A stretch of 17,968 nucleotides of DNA, from contig JADGIF010000136.1 in NCBI GenBank assembly GCA_018985225.1, forward strand, positions 1 through 17,968, read 5' to 3'. Source of the stretch: Amoeboradix gromovi X-113. Taxonomy: Eukaryota; Fungi; Sanchytriomycota. Made by a program: the position numbers and the translations under genes. This document shows, in pieces, positions 9,858 to 17,968 of the stretch. Under the pieces are notes generated by a model. It was not told where the DNA came from and searched no databases. It was given only the letters and a program-made list of their open reading frames with translations. The first letter of the stretch is position 1. Every line of letters starts with the position of its first letter.

Positions 9858-10193
9858 ATGGCCGGCGGTAGACTATACGCTAATTCAAAATTAATCTCTT
9901 TTAGAAGAGGTAAACATAACCTCCAGGAACACACTGCTTTATTAAGAGTCGAAAATGCAAACACTAGAGAAGACTCTGCTTTCTATTTAGGTAAAAGAGC
10001 CGTCATTATTTATAAAGCTAAGACAGCCAAAAGAGGTAGAGACGGTAAGATTAGCAAGACTAGAACTGTATGGGGTAAAATTGTTAATTTGCATGGCAAT
10101 AGCGGTGTTGTACGTGCCAAGTTTGCTAAAAACGTTAACCCTGAATGGTTTGGTACTCAAGTTCGTATTATGTTGTATCCAAGTTCTATCTAA
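9858..10193 (+). CDS. RPL35A: 60S ribosomal protein eL33 (L35a / yeast L33), intronless
   Basis: RLY..; FYLGKR..IYKAK; WGKI...HGNSGVVRAKF; RIMLYPSSI C-terminus. Confidence 0.97.
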   Translation: MAGGRLYANSKLISFRRGKHNLQEHTALLRVENANTREDSAFYLGKRAVIIYKAKTAKRGRDGKISKTRTVWGKIVNLHGNSGVVRAKFAKNVNPEWFGTQVRIMLYPSSI

Positions 10194-10239
10194 AACGGTC
10201 ATAATAAATACAATATCAAATAGTTTACTTACTTTTTAC

Positions 10240-11865
10240 TCATAGATCTAATTCATCCTGCGCTCTTATTTCTATTAATTCCTTAGCAAGAAATGTTGTT
10301 ACCTCATTGTTTGACCAATAATTCGAATGTTGTGATAATGAACTTAAATATTGGTATGCGCTTTCTAAATATCCGCTTTGCAACACGAAATCTACCCTCT
10401 TTCTTAACGGATTCAGCTGGCTGATCAGTAAGTTTTCCTCCTCCGTCGGCATATTATTTATCTTCATTACGGGCATTGCTTCTTTTTGAAACTTGCGGCT
10501 TATCAGAGGCTCTATCCGCTGTGCTATGGGATCTAGGCTATGAAATATGTTGTACAAATACTTTGTCCTTAACCTCTTGATGTTCTCACTCTTTTCAGAA
10601 TCAAAAGACCTTATTATTTCGCCATTTAGTAGTCTGATCATTGACAGAGGGCTTCCCAACAAAAACAGGATATTTGGAAAGAAATCAAGCTTAGGGATTT
10701 CCAATTTATCAAATTCTTTGGGCTCCATTGTCAGCAAATCAAATGCTATAAGAGACCCTAAAGAATGGCCAATTAATGAAATATTACCGCTGAAATCAGG
10801 AAAATTAGATATAAAAAGATCATGTACACGATTTAATTCAAGCGCAACAGTTTTTAGCATAGATATTTTATGTTTAACAGTCATATACATTAAAATATCC
10901 AAACACACATCTTTTATTAAAGTACGATAAGGGTTGGTTGGAAGCATTATTTCATCTAAGGTGGGCAATAGAGCTTCGTCTTGATTTGGTTGTAAAACAC
11001 CAATGTCACTAAATAGATCTTGTTCAACGACATTCATTGGCACATTAGCAACGCCAAACTCAACGATTTCACGCCATTGAATAGGTAGTATCATGTAACG
11101 ATCCGGTACTTCCATTTCGTCCATTGTAGCATCAATACGCTTGCGCAAATCAGCCACATCAGTGGCAAAAGTATAAATGCCATCTTTAGTAAATAGTTTC
11201 TGGCCAATACCATGGATAACAAGGACTAAATGACAAGGGGTTTTATTCTTTTTTGAGCTGGGTTGCGGAATACCCTTGAGAGAACTTTTGCGTGTAGTGC
11301 TCGCTAATTTATCTTTGGGAACGTTAACATATTCACGTATAAGACGAGTACCCCAAATGGTTTGTTTGGAAAATTTCCCAACTAACTCCTGGGCTACTTT
11401 AGTAGTTATCCCATCGGCTACAATGTAAGCAGTAATTTCACTTACATATAGAACATATTGGCCTAAGTATGGACCAAAAAGTGGGTATTTCTTATAATGC
11501 TCAGATGAAGAGACATTGGTAAGATCATTGGCAAACTTTTGAAATCCTTGCTCAACTTGTACCGTTAACTTCTCTTCACATGGTAGGAATTTGCTTGATG
11601 TCTCACTATACCATAAACCACGTCTCATTTCAAACACGCTACCATCCCAGTAAATGGGTCTGATTTCCATATTAGCTATATCTGCATAAAACAATTGATC
11701 TTCGATTATAAGTTTAGTTTTAACAGATTTATCCTTTAAGTATTTTTGATAAGTTTCTTCTAATTCGTATGAGCTTTCTAGTATTTTCCATTCGAAAGGC
11801 TTCTTGATAATGATCTCGTTCCGGGTATTTCTTTTTGGTTGGTCAACTGCAACATAAAAAAACAT
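10240..11865 (-). CDS. DDHD-domain intracellular phospholipase A1 (Ddl1/DDHD family), 541 aa
   Basis: PIYWDG..RRGLW, HLVLVIHGIGQ, ILPIQWR, lipase GHSLG, LGSPL, NIFHSLDPIAQRIEPL, RVDFVLQ, HSNYW. Confidence 0.93.
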   Translation of the reverse strand: MFFYVAVDQPKRNTRNEIIIKKPFEWKILESSYELEETYQKYLKDKSVKTKLIIEDQLFYADIANMEIRPIYWDGSVFEMRRGLWYSETSSKFLPCEEKLTVQVEQGFQKFANDLTNVSSSEHYKKYPLFGPYLGQYVLYVSEITAYIVADGITTKVAQELVGKFSKQTIWGTRLIREYVNVPKDKLASTTRKSSLKGIPQPSSKKNKTPCHLVLVIHGIGQKLFTKDGIYTFATDVADLRKRIDATMDEMEVPDRYMILPIQWREIVEFGVANVPMNVVEQDLFSDIGVLQPNQDEALLPTLDEIMLPTNPYRTLIKDVCLDILMYMTVKHKISMLKTVALELNRVHDLFISNFPDFSGNISLIGHSLGSLIAFDLLTMEPKEFDKLEIPKLDFFPNILFLLGSPLSMIRLLNGEIIRSFDSEKSENIKRLRTKYLYNIFHSLDPIAQRIEPLISRKFQKEAMPVMKINNMPTEEENLLISQLNPLRKRVDFVLQSGYLESAYQYLSSLSQHSNYWSNNEVTTFLAKELIEIRAQDELDL

Positions 11866-11890
11866 GAAACAAGGACCACTTGACTAAAAT

Positions 11891-12254
11891 GAAAATATTT
11901 TCTTTAAGCCTATAACTATTCCCATCAAAATACATGCTTTTTGAGAAAATCGAGAATTCCAAAGAGAAATTTATTTCTCCATTGCATTTATTGCTTACAC
12001 TTTCACTACCCTAAGGGGGATCGAATAAGGACACATGTGTTTGATGTACATTTCTTGCTGCAATATGATCTCTATCCACACCAATTTCTCAGTGTCGATG
12101 AGTGTATGTTATATCTATCAGTTATTTCTTTAGGTCTGAAAATGTTCAGGATTTTGAGGTCTAGAACTACTTGTCATTGGTGAAGAGAGGGGGTATCGCA
12201 TTTTTATCAAGTTAGAAGTATATAGATAAGAAGGATAGAAATTTAAAAAAGAGA
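11891..12254 (-). mobile_element. Miniature internally deleted IS607-family element (TnpA HTH fused to TnpB/Fanzor2 C-terminus), copy A
   Basis: Minus strand reads FRPKEITDRYNIHSSTLRNW (12140-12081; MerR-like HTH typical of IS607 TnpA). One nucleotide later it reads VDRDHIAARNVHQTHVSLFDPP* (12079-12011; RuvC-III motif). Both flanks align with copy C. Confidence 0.8.
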
Positions 12255-12303
12255 TGTACTCTCGATAAACGGTTTATTCAATAAAATTCATCATCTGCTG
12301 TTG

Positions 12304-13230
12304 TCATATCTTTTGAGAGAGCGGATGGATAGATGTTATTCTCTGCAGCTCTCTGATTTGATCCTGGTCAACATCACTAAAAACTGAATCAGGACGATTG
12401 CTCATAACAACAGAGGAAATAACAGATCTTTTTACGTTGTTATCGTAGATGGACACTGGGGTGCTACGATAGCTCTCAATTGGGGAATCAGGGTTTACAT
12501 CGTATATGTCATCTGGGTGAGGCGGATACCTTGTTAGGTTAGTTGTATCTTCACTTTCGAGATAGTGCGTTGCCGCTTTGTAATCTTTTTTCAAATTCGA
12601 CTTTAGTTCTGCAGAAAAGTAGGCATCATCAGGAGTACTTAATTGGATTTTAGAATCTCTAGGCGCCCTACTTTTTGAAGCCTTTTCCGCAATTTTATCG
12701 ATTTTCGTTACCGCTTCAGCTTTAATTTTAAAAGAACTTTCATCGTTGAAGCTTTCCTCGACAGAATTGACATCTTCTAACAAGGGCTTACCGCGATAAG
12801 GGCGGGACCTTGATTTCCTAGAAGCACTACTTATATTCAATGACCTAATGTCATCTTTTTCAAAGTTATCTCTTTTATGGTAAGATTTTTTTCTATTAGA
12901 CGATTCCTCAACTTCTACTTTTCTATGTCTCATCTTGAAAGCATTCCTGGATTTGGAGGCCCGCTTTGTGTGCTGCGAATGAAGAGAATCTGTGGATTTT
13001 GCTGTCTGTGGGGTTGTAACATTGTTTGACTTATCGCTGTCTACCGAAGTGGTATGCAGTGATGAGATTGAGCTGTTTAGCTGTACTAAATGGTACTTGA
13101 TCTCAAATATCTCTTTTTCATTCATATTGGAAATGTTCCTTAACTTTACATAAAGTAAAACAAGGCCAAAACAGGATATTATCAAGGTCAACGAAAGCAT
13201 TCCTACTAAAATGAGAAACTCAACATCCAT
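12304..13230 (-). CDS. Hypothetical single-pass membrane protein with long Ser/Lys/Arg-rich disordered tail, 308 aa
   Basis: N-terminal hydrophobic span FLILVGMLSLTLIISCFGLVLLYV followed by basic residues; 927-nt ORF. Confidence 0.75.
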   Translation of the reverse strand: MDVEFLILVGMLSLTLIISCFGLVLLYVKLRNISNMNEKEIFEIKYHLVQLNSSISSLHTTSVDSDKSNNVTTPQTAKSTDSLHSQHTKRASKSRNAFKMRHRKVEVEESSNRKKSYHKRDNFEKDDIRSLNISSASRKSRSRPYRGKPLLEDVNSVEESFNDESSFKIKAEAVTKIDKIAEKASKSRAPRDSKIQLSTPDDAYFSAELKSNLKKDYKAATHYLESEDTTNLTRYPPHPDDIYDVNPDSPIESYRSTPVSIYDNNVKRSVISSVVMSNRPDSVFSDVDQDQIRELQRITSIHPLSQKI

Positions 13231-13285
13231 TGTAAATTAATGACCTGCGTTTTAATTAAAAGAAAAAATAATTGTATTTGATTGG

Positions 13286-13630
13286 CTACCTGCAAAAGTC
13301 CTGATTAATGGAAAAACTAATAACGCCAATTGCTCCGTTAGAGCGGCTGCTTTCTTTAATAGCTGAGGCATGGTTAAATAAGGATTCATATATCAGGTAT
13401 ATCTTCCATAGTTTCATATGGTCTCTATCTGCTTCCAGATGAAATTTTGTAGACTTATTTCTCCAAATTGTTTTCTTTCGAGCAACATACCTCCAACTTT
13501 GAATAGTATATTCTTGATTACATTCTACTGATGCACTTCCTCTTTCTTCATATTTGAAATCTATTTCAAAGAAATTTCTATTTTATGAGCCTACAACACT
13601 ATATTCCGTGTCCCTTATTGATTTCTTAAG
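13286..13630 (-). mobile_element. Degenerate TnpB/Fanzor2 C-terminal relic, copy B (may extend to ~13790)
   Basis: Met-less open frame 13582-13286: ..KYEERGSASVECNQEYT..KSTKFHLEADRDHMKLWKIYLIYESLFNHAS. It is preceded by GTRNIVL*AH (13614-13585) and is codon-for-codon colinear with copy C over 2836-2895. Confidence 0.7.
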
Positions 13631-13828
13631 ATTTGACATATACAAGCTGCGGCGATTTGCAATTGATAAAAAGAATGAACAATGAGATTTTTATAGGCTG
13701 GAAAAGTCTAGAAGAGATTACATTATAACGATATAGCTCATATGATCATGCTAAATGGTTCAATCAATTGAAATTGTTAGCTTTTTAGAAGTGAAATTTT
13801 TGATTTCCAAAAGTGGGTAATACTTCTG

Positions 13829-14633
13829 ATGGACGATTCTAGGAAGTCTTTTGTTCATAAATTGTTTGATATTTTGGAAGATGACAAATTCAAAGATATC
13901 ATATGTTGGAATGAGTTTGGAAACGCGTTTACAGTACATTACCCAGATGTATTCAGTCAAAAGATTCTACCTGCTTATTTCAAGCATTCTAATTTCTCAA
14001 GTTTTGTAAGGCAGTTGAATTTATATCAATTCAAAAAAGTAAAAAACAGATCAGCAATCTCATTCATGCATGACCGATTTTTGAAAGGAAGGACTGATTT
14101 ACTGGATACCGTAAAACGTAGGGCACCTGAAGTAGATTTAAATCCGGAAGACAGGCGTGACTTAAGAATCGTTGAAATGTTTCAGCAAATTCAGGATCAT
14201 AAGCAACAAATAAAAGAACTTAAGGATGATTTGTTTAAAGAGAAAGAGAGGAGACATCAAATCAAAACAAAATATGAAGAACTCATGGAACTATGCAGGA
14301 AACACAATCTACCTTGTAATCCTTCTTAATGTAGTAACTCATGATTTTGAAGTAGCTGACTTGTTACCTAAGCCTTCACACAACAGTAGAATGTCATGGA
14401 CTAGTGACCCCAATAGTTCCTTAATGTCAAGCAACAATGTCTCGAATACAAATTTAAATTTATATTATAATTCTATGCAGGATTCAATGTACATTTCTAG
14501 TCCCCCCATATCACCAGAGAGGTTGATGGCCTCGAACATAATAAGAAATTTGTCACAAGAGGTTCCATCACCTCAGATTCATATAATTCATGATCAGCCT
14601 TCATTCGACTATGATCCGGAACAATTTGAATAA
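13829..14633 (+). CDS. HSF-type DNA-binding transcription factor; predicted join 13829-14315 + 14335-14633 (261 aa)
   Basis: SFVHKLFDIL, IICW, LPAYFKHSNFSSFVRQLNLYQFKK and F.KGRTDLLDTVKRR, then a coiled coil. The S/P/N-rich second ORF joins in frame after removal of a 19-nt GT-AG segment. The HSF domain is secure; the join is inferred. Confidence 0.85.
14316..14334 (+). other. Candidate 19-nt spliceosomal intron GTAATCCTTCTTAATGTAG
   Basis: GTAAT donor, CTTAAT branch-like motif and TAG acceptor. It contains the stop of ORF 13829-14329, and excision gives ..HNLP-L-THDFEVAD.. in the frame of ORF 14226-14633. Confidence 0.6.
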
Positions 14634-14891
14634 TTGTTATTTCTTAGTAAATTGTTTTTGTAAATTTGATTTTTGTAGCTGGAATTAAAGCTGACATACT
14701 TCAAAAGTTATGGAATAATTTCGGCATAGGCATTCAAATTGAATGAGGTATTGCTAAATGAAATATCGATTTTCATCGAAGGATTCAAAAACTATTCCGC
14801 CATCGTTAAAGAAAAGTTGACCGATTGGGAATTTCCATAAATTCCAATACATTGTATTTGGACTAAAGACCTGAGTTTGGATTAATCCTTC

Positions 14892-15410
14892 ATCTCAATC
14901 CAAGTCTGAATTCTGTGAGATCCGATTAGTCTAATTGCGGTGTATTAATTCAACCAAAAAAACATGAAGTTCAAGATGTTTTTGTAGTATTTAGGTCTGT
15001 CAAGTGGAAAAATCTATATTTTCAATGCCGCGGTTGTGGAAGATAACACAGATACGCTGGCCGGATAGAATTTACTCAAAAAATGAAAAATTGGCAGAAT
15101 TAGAAGCTTCGTTTGAATGATATTATGATATGAACTAGTTTGGTAAAGGCCAAAATAACCTAACGGTCATAAAGTAACTTTGTTAACTGTTTCAATCAGT
15201 TCATTATTATTTTTATACAATTTAGCGCAATCCTAGAGATTCTCAAAGAATCCCAAGTAAGAAAGTGATCTATTTGCTTGCAAGTAAAGTTTTGTACCAC
15301 CTACTCCAGAATGCAGTGATTTTAAATCATGTTATAGTTGCCATGGAGACAATGGCTATTGTATAAACCTTCACTTTCAAAGAGACCTCCATTAAGTCAT
15401 TGCATTTGCT
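14892..15410 (+). pseudogene. Decayed copy 2 of the unrecognised gene family
   Basis: 14892-15085 aligns with the reverse complement of 433-613 (SQSKSEFCEI vs SQSKSEFGEI with synonymous changes; WPDRIYSKN vs WQDTTNSKN). Weaker similarity at ~15342-15410; many stops. Confidence 0.55.
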
Positions 15411-15539
15411 GAGCTACAGTAGTGAATAGAGATATGCCTGCCAATAAATTGCAAAAGAACTGAATGGCAAGGAATGAAAGATGATAAAATTGTTACGCTG
15501 ATCATTAGGTGATAAAGAACAGGGTAACCTCTGCAAAAA

Positions 15540-15989
15540 TTAGTGTGTAAAGTTTTTATATTGGTGTCCCATTTACTTATACACAAACATCCTTCTAACA
15601 ACTACTAATTCATCGACTAGTAAGTCTTCATCAACTAAGTTCATGTTAGCTATTGTGTGTTCAGATAGCACATACTTAGAATGCTGAGGTATAAGAAACA
15701 AGTCATCACAACTAGGCTGGAAGGGAGCCATTTTAGAGATGCTAAGTCTTGAAAAGGTTACCAATGCTGCCTTTACATCATCCACTCTCATGAACGACAT
15801 CGAACCGCTTACAAGAATATTTTTAGTTGATATTACCAGTATGTTTGGATGCGCTAAAATATTTGGCAATTCCAAATGAAAATCAGCTATATATATTCCT
15901 ATGTTTCCTATGACTGCGTCCATAAGTATACTATCATTTTTTTTGCAGTTTAACTCGAATTTTTTAATTATTATACTCGTAGCTTGCAT
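15540..15989 (-). pseudogene. Copy 3 of the unrecognised family (138-aa ORF whose homology continues past its TAA)
   Basis: Protein blocks shared with copy 1. 15551-15590 matches 80-119 directly (core TTGGTGTCCCAT), and MGHQ follows the stop in frame as in copy 1. Confidence 0.55.
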
Positions 15990-16128
15990 ATCTTGGTTTC
16001 AAATAAGTAATTAAAAGTGGGCTTGATTGCGAGACCATCGAATATCGGATATTAATTCCCGAATTATTAATTGATTCGTACTAGTTCCAACAAAATATAA
16101 TTTGCAGCTTAAATTAGGATAAAACTAA

Positions 16129-17340
16129 ATGTTACGAAGACAAATTTCAATTTGGTCAAAGGTTGAGTTAGGACCAGCAGACCCGATCTTGGGAATTAGC
16201 GAAGCATTCTTTAAGGACTCAAATCCTAACAAAATCAATTTGGGTGTTGGTGCTTATAGAGATTCCAAGGGCAAACCGTGGATATTACCAAGCGTTCGTC
16301 AAGCGGAAAAATTATTAAAAGAAGCAGACAAGGAATATGACCCTATCTCTGGAAGCGCAAAGTTCTGTAAACTAAGCCAAGAGCTGAAGTTTGGTCAAGT
16401 ATTCGATAATATTGCGACTACGCAAACCATTTCTGGGACGGGTGCTCTTAGAGTTGCTGGCGAATTCTTTAAAGCGTTTTACGATAAGCCGGTTTACCTT
16501 CCAAATCCATCATGGGGAAACCATACGCCAATCTTCAAGAACAGTGGCTTACAAGTGCAAACCTATAAATACTATGATCCGTCTACTTGTGGATTAGATT
16601 TTGGTGGGATGATGAGTAACTTTGAAACTATGGCGAACGGAAGCATTGTTTTGTTGCACGCATGCGCACATAATCCGACTGGAGTCGATCCAACCTTTCA
16701 GCAATGGGAAGAGATATTGGAAATTATGAAAAAAAAGCAACACGTAGTGCTTTTTGATATGGCTTATCAAGGATTTAGCAGCGGCGATCCAAGCAAAGAT
16801 GCAGAAGCCTTGAGACTATTCCAAAAACATTCTGATAAGCTTGCTGGTTTGATGGTGTGCCAATCATTTGCAAAGAACTTTGGATTGTACGGCGAACGAG
16901 TTGGTACGTTAAGCATCGTAGGTAAAGATACAGAAGAGAAAGCAAGGGTTATGAGTCAGTTAAAACGAATTATACGACCAATGTATTCCAATCCTCCTAT
17001 TCATGGTAGCAAACTAGTGGTATCAATATTAAGTGACCCATTGTTGAAAAAACAATGGCACGAGGACTTAATTACAATGAGTCAGCGAATATTTACAATG
17101 AGGTCAGAGTTACGTAAGAATTTGGAGGATTTAAAGAGCGAATTAGATTGGGAACATATAACAACGCAGATTGGTATGTTTTGTTACTCAGGATTGAAGC
17201 CCAAGGAAGTTGACGTACTAAAGTCAGAGTATTCTGTGTATTTGACCAGTGATGGAAGAATTTCTATGGCTGGAGTTTCAAAAGATAATGTTCAATATCT
17301 AGCGTATGCCATTCATAGAAGCACGAAGAGTCGTCAATAA
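16129..17340 (+). CDS. GOT2: Aspartate aminotransferase, mitochondrial type, 403 aa
   Basis: Short basic N-terminus MLRRQ; GPADPILG, NLGVGAYRD, QTISGTGALR, LLHACAHNPTGVDP, FDMAYQGF, PLP lysine QSFAKNFGLYGERVG, RPMYSNPP, QIGMFCYSGL, DGRISMAG. Confidence 0.96.
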   Translation: MLRRQISIWSKVELGPADPILGISEAFFKDSNPNKINLGVGAYRDSKGKPWILPSVRQAEKLLKEADKEYDPISGSAKFCKLSQELKFGQVFDNIATTQTISGTGALRVAGEFFKAFYDKPVYLPNPSWGNHTPIFKNSGLQVQTYKYYDPSTCGLDFGGMMSNFETMANGSIVLLHACAHNPTGVDPTFQQWEEILEIMKKKQHVVLFDMAYQGFSSGDPSKDAEALRLFQKHSDKLAGLMVCQSFAKNFGLYGERVGTLSIVGKDTEEKARVMSQLKRIIRPMYSNPPIHGSKLVVSILSDPLLKKQWHEDLITMSQRIFTMRSELRKNLEDLKSELDWEHITTQIGMFCYSGLKPKEVDVLKSEYSVYLTSDGRISMAGVSKDNVQYLAYAIHRSTKSRQ

Positions 17341-17379
17341 ATGCATCAACTACTTATTCAGTCTCATTTTAAACTTTTG

Positions 17380-17716
17380 ATATTTGGCGATAAGTTTCGG
17401 TAACGTCATACCTGAAATTAAATTGACAGATGTGCTTTGTTCCCATAGCTCGATACTGGGGCGAATGCTGATGCTATACTCCTTGTAATTTCAGATTCGA
17501 AGATATATGTTACATAATGAATATGTCATTCTAAAAGAGCGATATGAAGAAGCGGTAGGCGGTATGATTCGGACGGGAAAGATTAAACCACATTTGTTGA
17601 GTCACTGGGAAGAAAAGATACTTGATTTTGAGAATAGAAACAGTCCAGATTACTACCTGTGTATCCTCGCATTTCGCCAACGTATTAATGTAATTCGAAG
17701 TAGTTTTCATGAATAA
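17380..17716 (+). pseudogene. Frameshifted clan-AA (retropepsin-like) aspartic protease relic
   Basis: LDTGANADAIL at 17449-17481. EAVGGMIRTGKIK (flap-like) lies in the shifted ORF 17507-17716, and AISFGNVIPEIKLTDVL lies upstream in another frame. Confidence 0.4.
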
Positions 17717-17968
17717 ATTTTATCTCGATTTAGTTTTTAAAAACGTAGCCGTCAACTATTGTTCTGGTTTAGTTATATAAGTACTGAAGTAACCATTAAC
17801 TCTCGTTTCACAGACAAAGGCGAACTCAATTATAAATAGATAGAATGCACTCCTCAGAAATCAGACTTGAGGGAAGTAAATTGAATAACAAAAGGAAACT
17901 AGAAAGAAACTTATTCGATGATTCAATACCCAGAAAAACACTGAAATCTATGATATACAAGTCTTATC

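Noticed and set aside
11941-12183. 80-aa + strand ORF
   Set aside because: TTG start, no motif, and antisense to IS607 relic A.
13700-13714. HSE-like gGAAaaGTCtaGAAg upstream of the HSF gene
   Set aside because: Imperfect, common in AT-rich DNA, and possibly within transposon-derived sequence.
15531-15576. 46-nt GT-AG intron candidate joining ORFs 15573-15989 and 15392-15601
   Set aside because: The supposed intron encodes MGHQ, which is conserved in the paralog at ~92-103. That points to decayed coding sequence; not fully excluded.
1-17968. Stop-codon reassignment, CRISPR array, tRNA/rRNA
   Set aside because: Conserved genes end at their expected C-termini with TAA/TGA and have no internal stops. 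No repeat-spacer array or structural RNA gene was recognised.

Overview
Eukaryotic, AT-rich, gene-dense and nearly intron-free DNA in the standard genetic code, very likely an early-diverging fungus (it carries a fungal-type LYS2). Intact genes: LYS2 alpha-aminoadipate reductase (-), a secreted/GPI-like protein (+), a triple C2HC/BED-like zinc-finger protein (-), intronless RPL35A/eL33 (+), a DDHD phospholipase A1 (-), a single-TM disordered protein (-), an HSF-type transcription factor (+) and mitochondrial aspartate aminotransferase (+). The main signal is intergenic and absent from the ORF track: three decayed copies of one IS607-type element (serine-recombinase TnpA plus TnpB/Fanzor2 nuclease) at ~2421-3057 (+), ~11891-12254 (-) and ~13286-13630 (-). 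Two of them are internal deletion derivatives sharing both ends and a conserved non-coding 3' tail (candidate omegaRNA/right end). Also present: a candidate 19-nt GT-AG intron joining the two HSF ORFs, three decayed copies of an unrecognised gene family, and a clan-AA aspartic protease relic. All alignments were made by eye and element boundaries are approximate.
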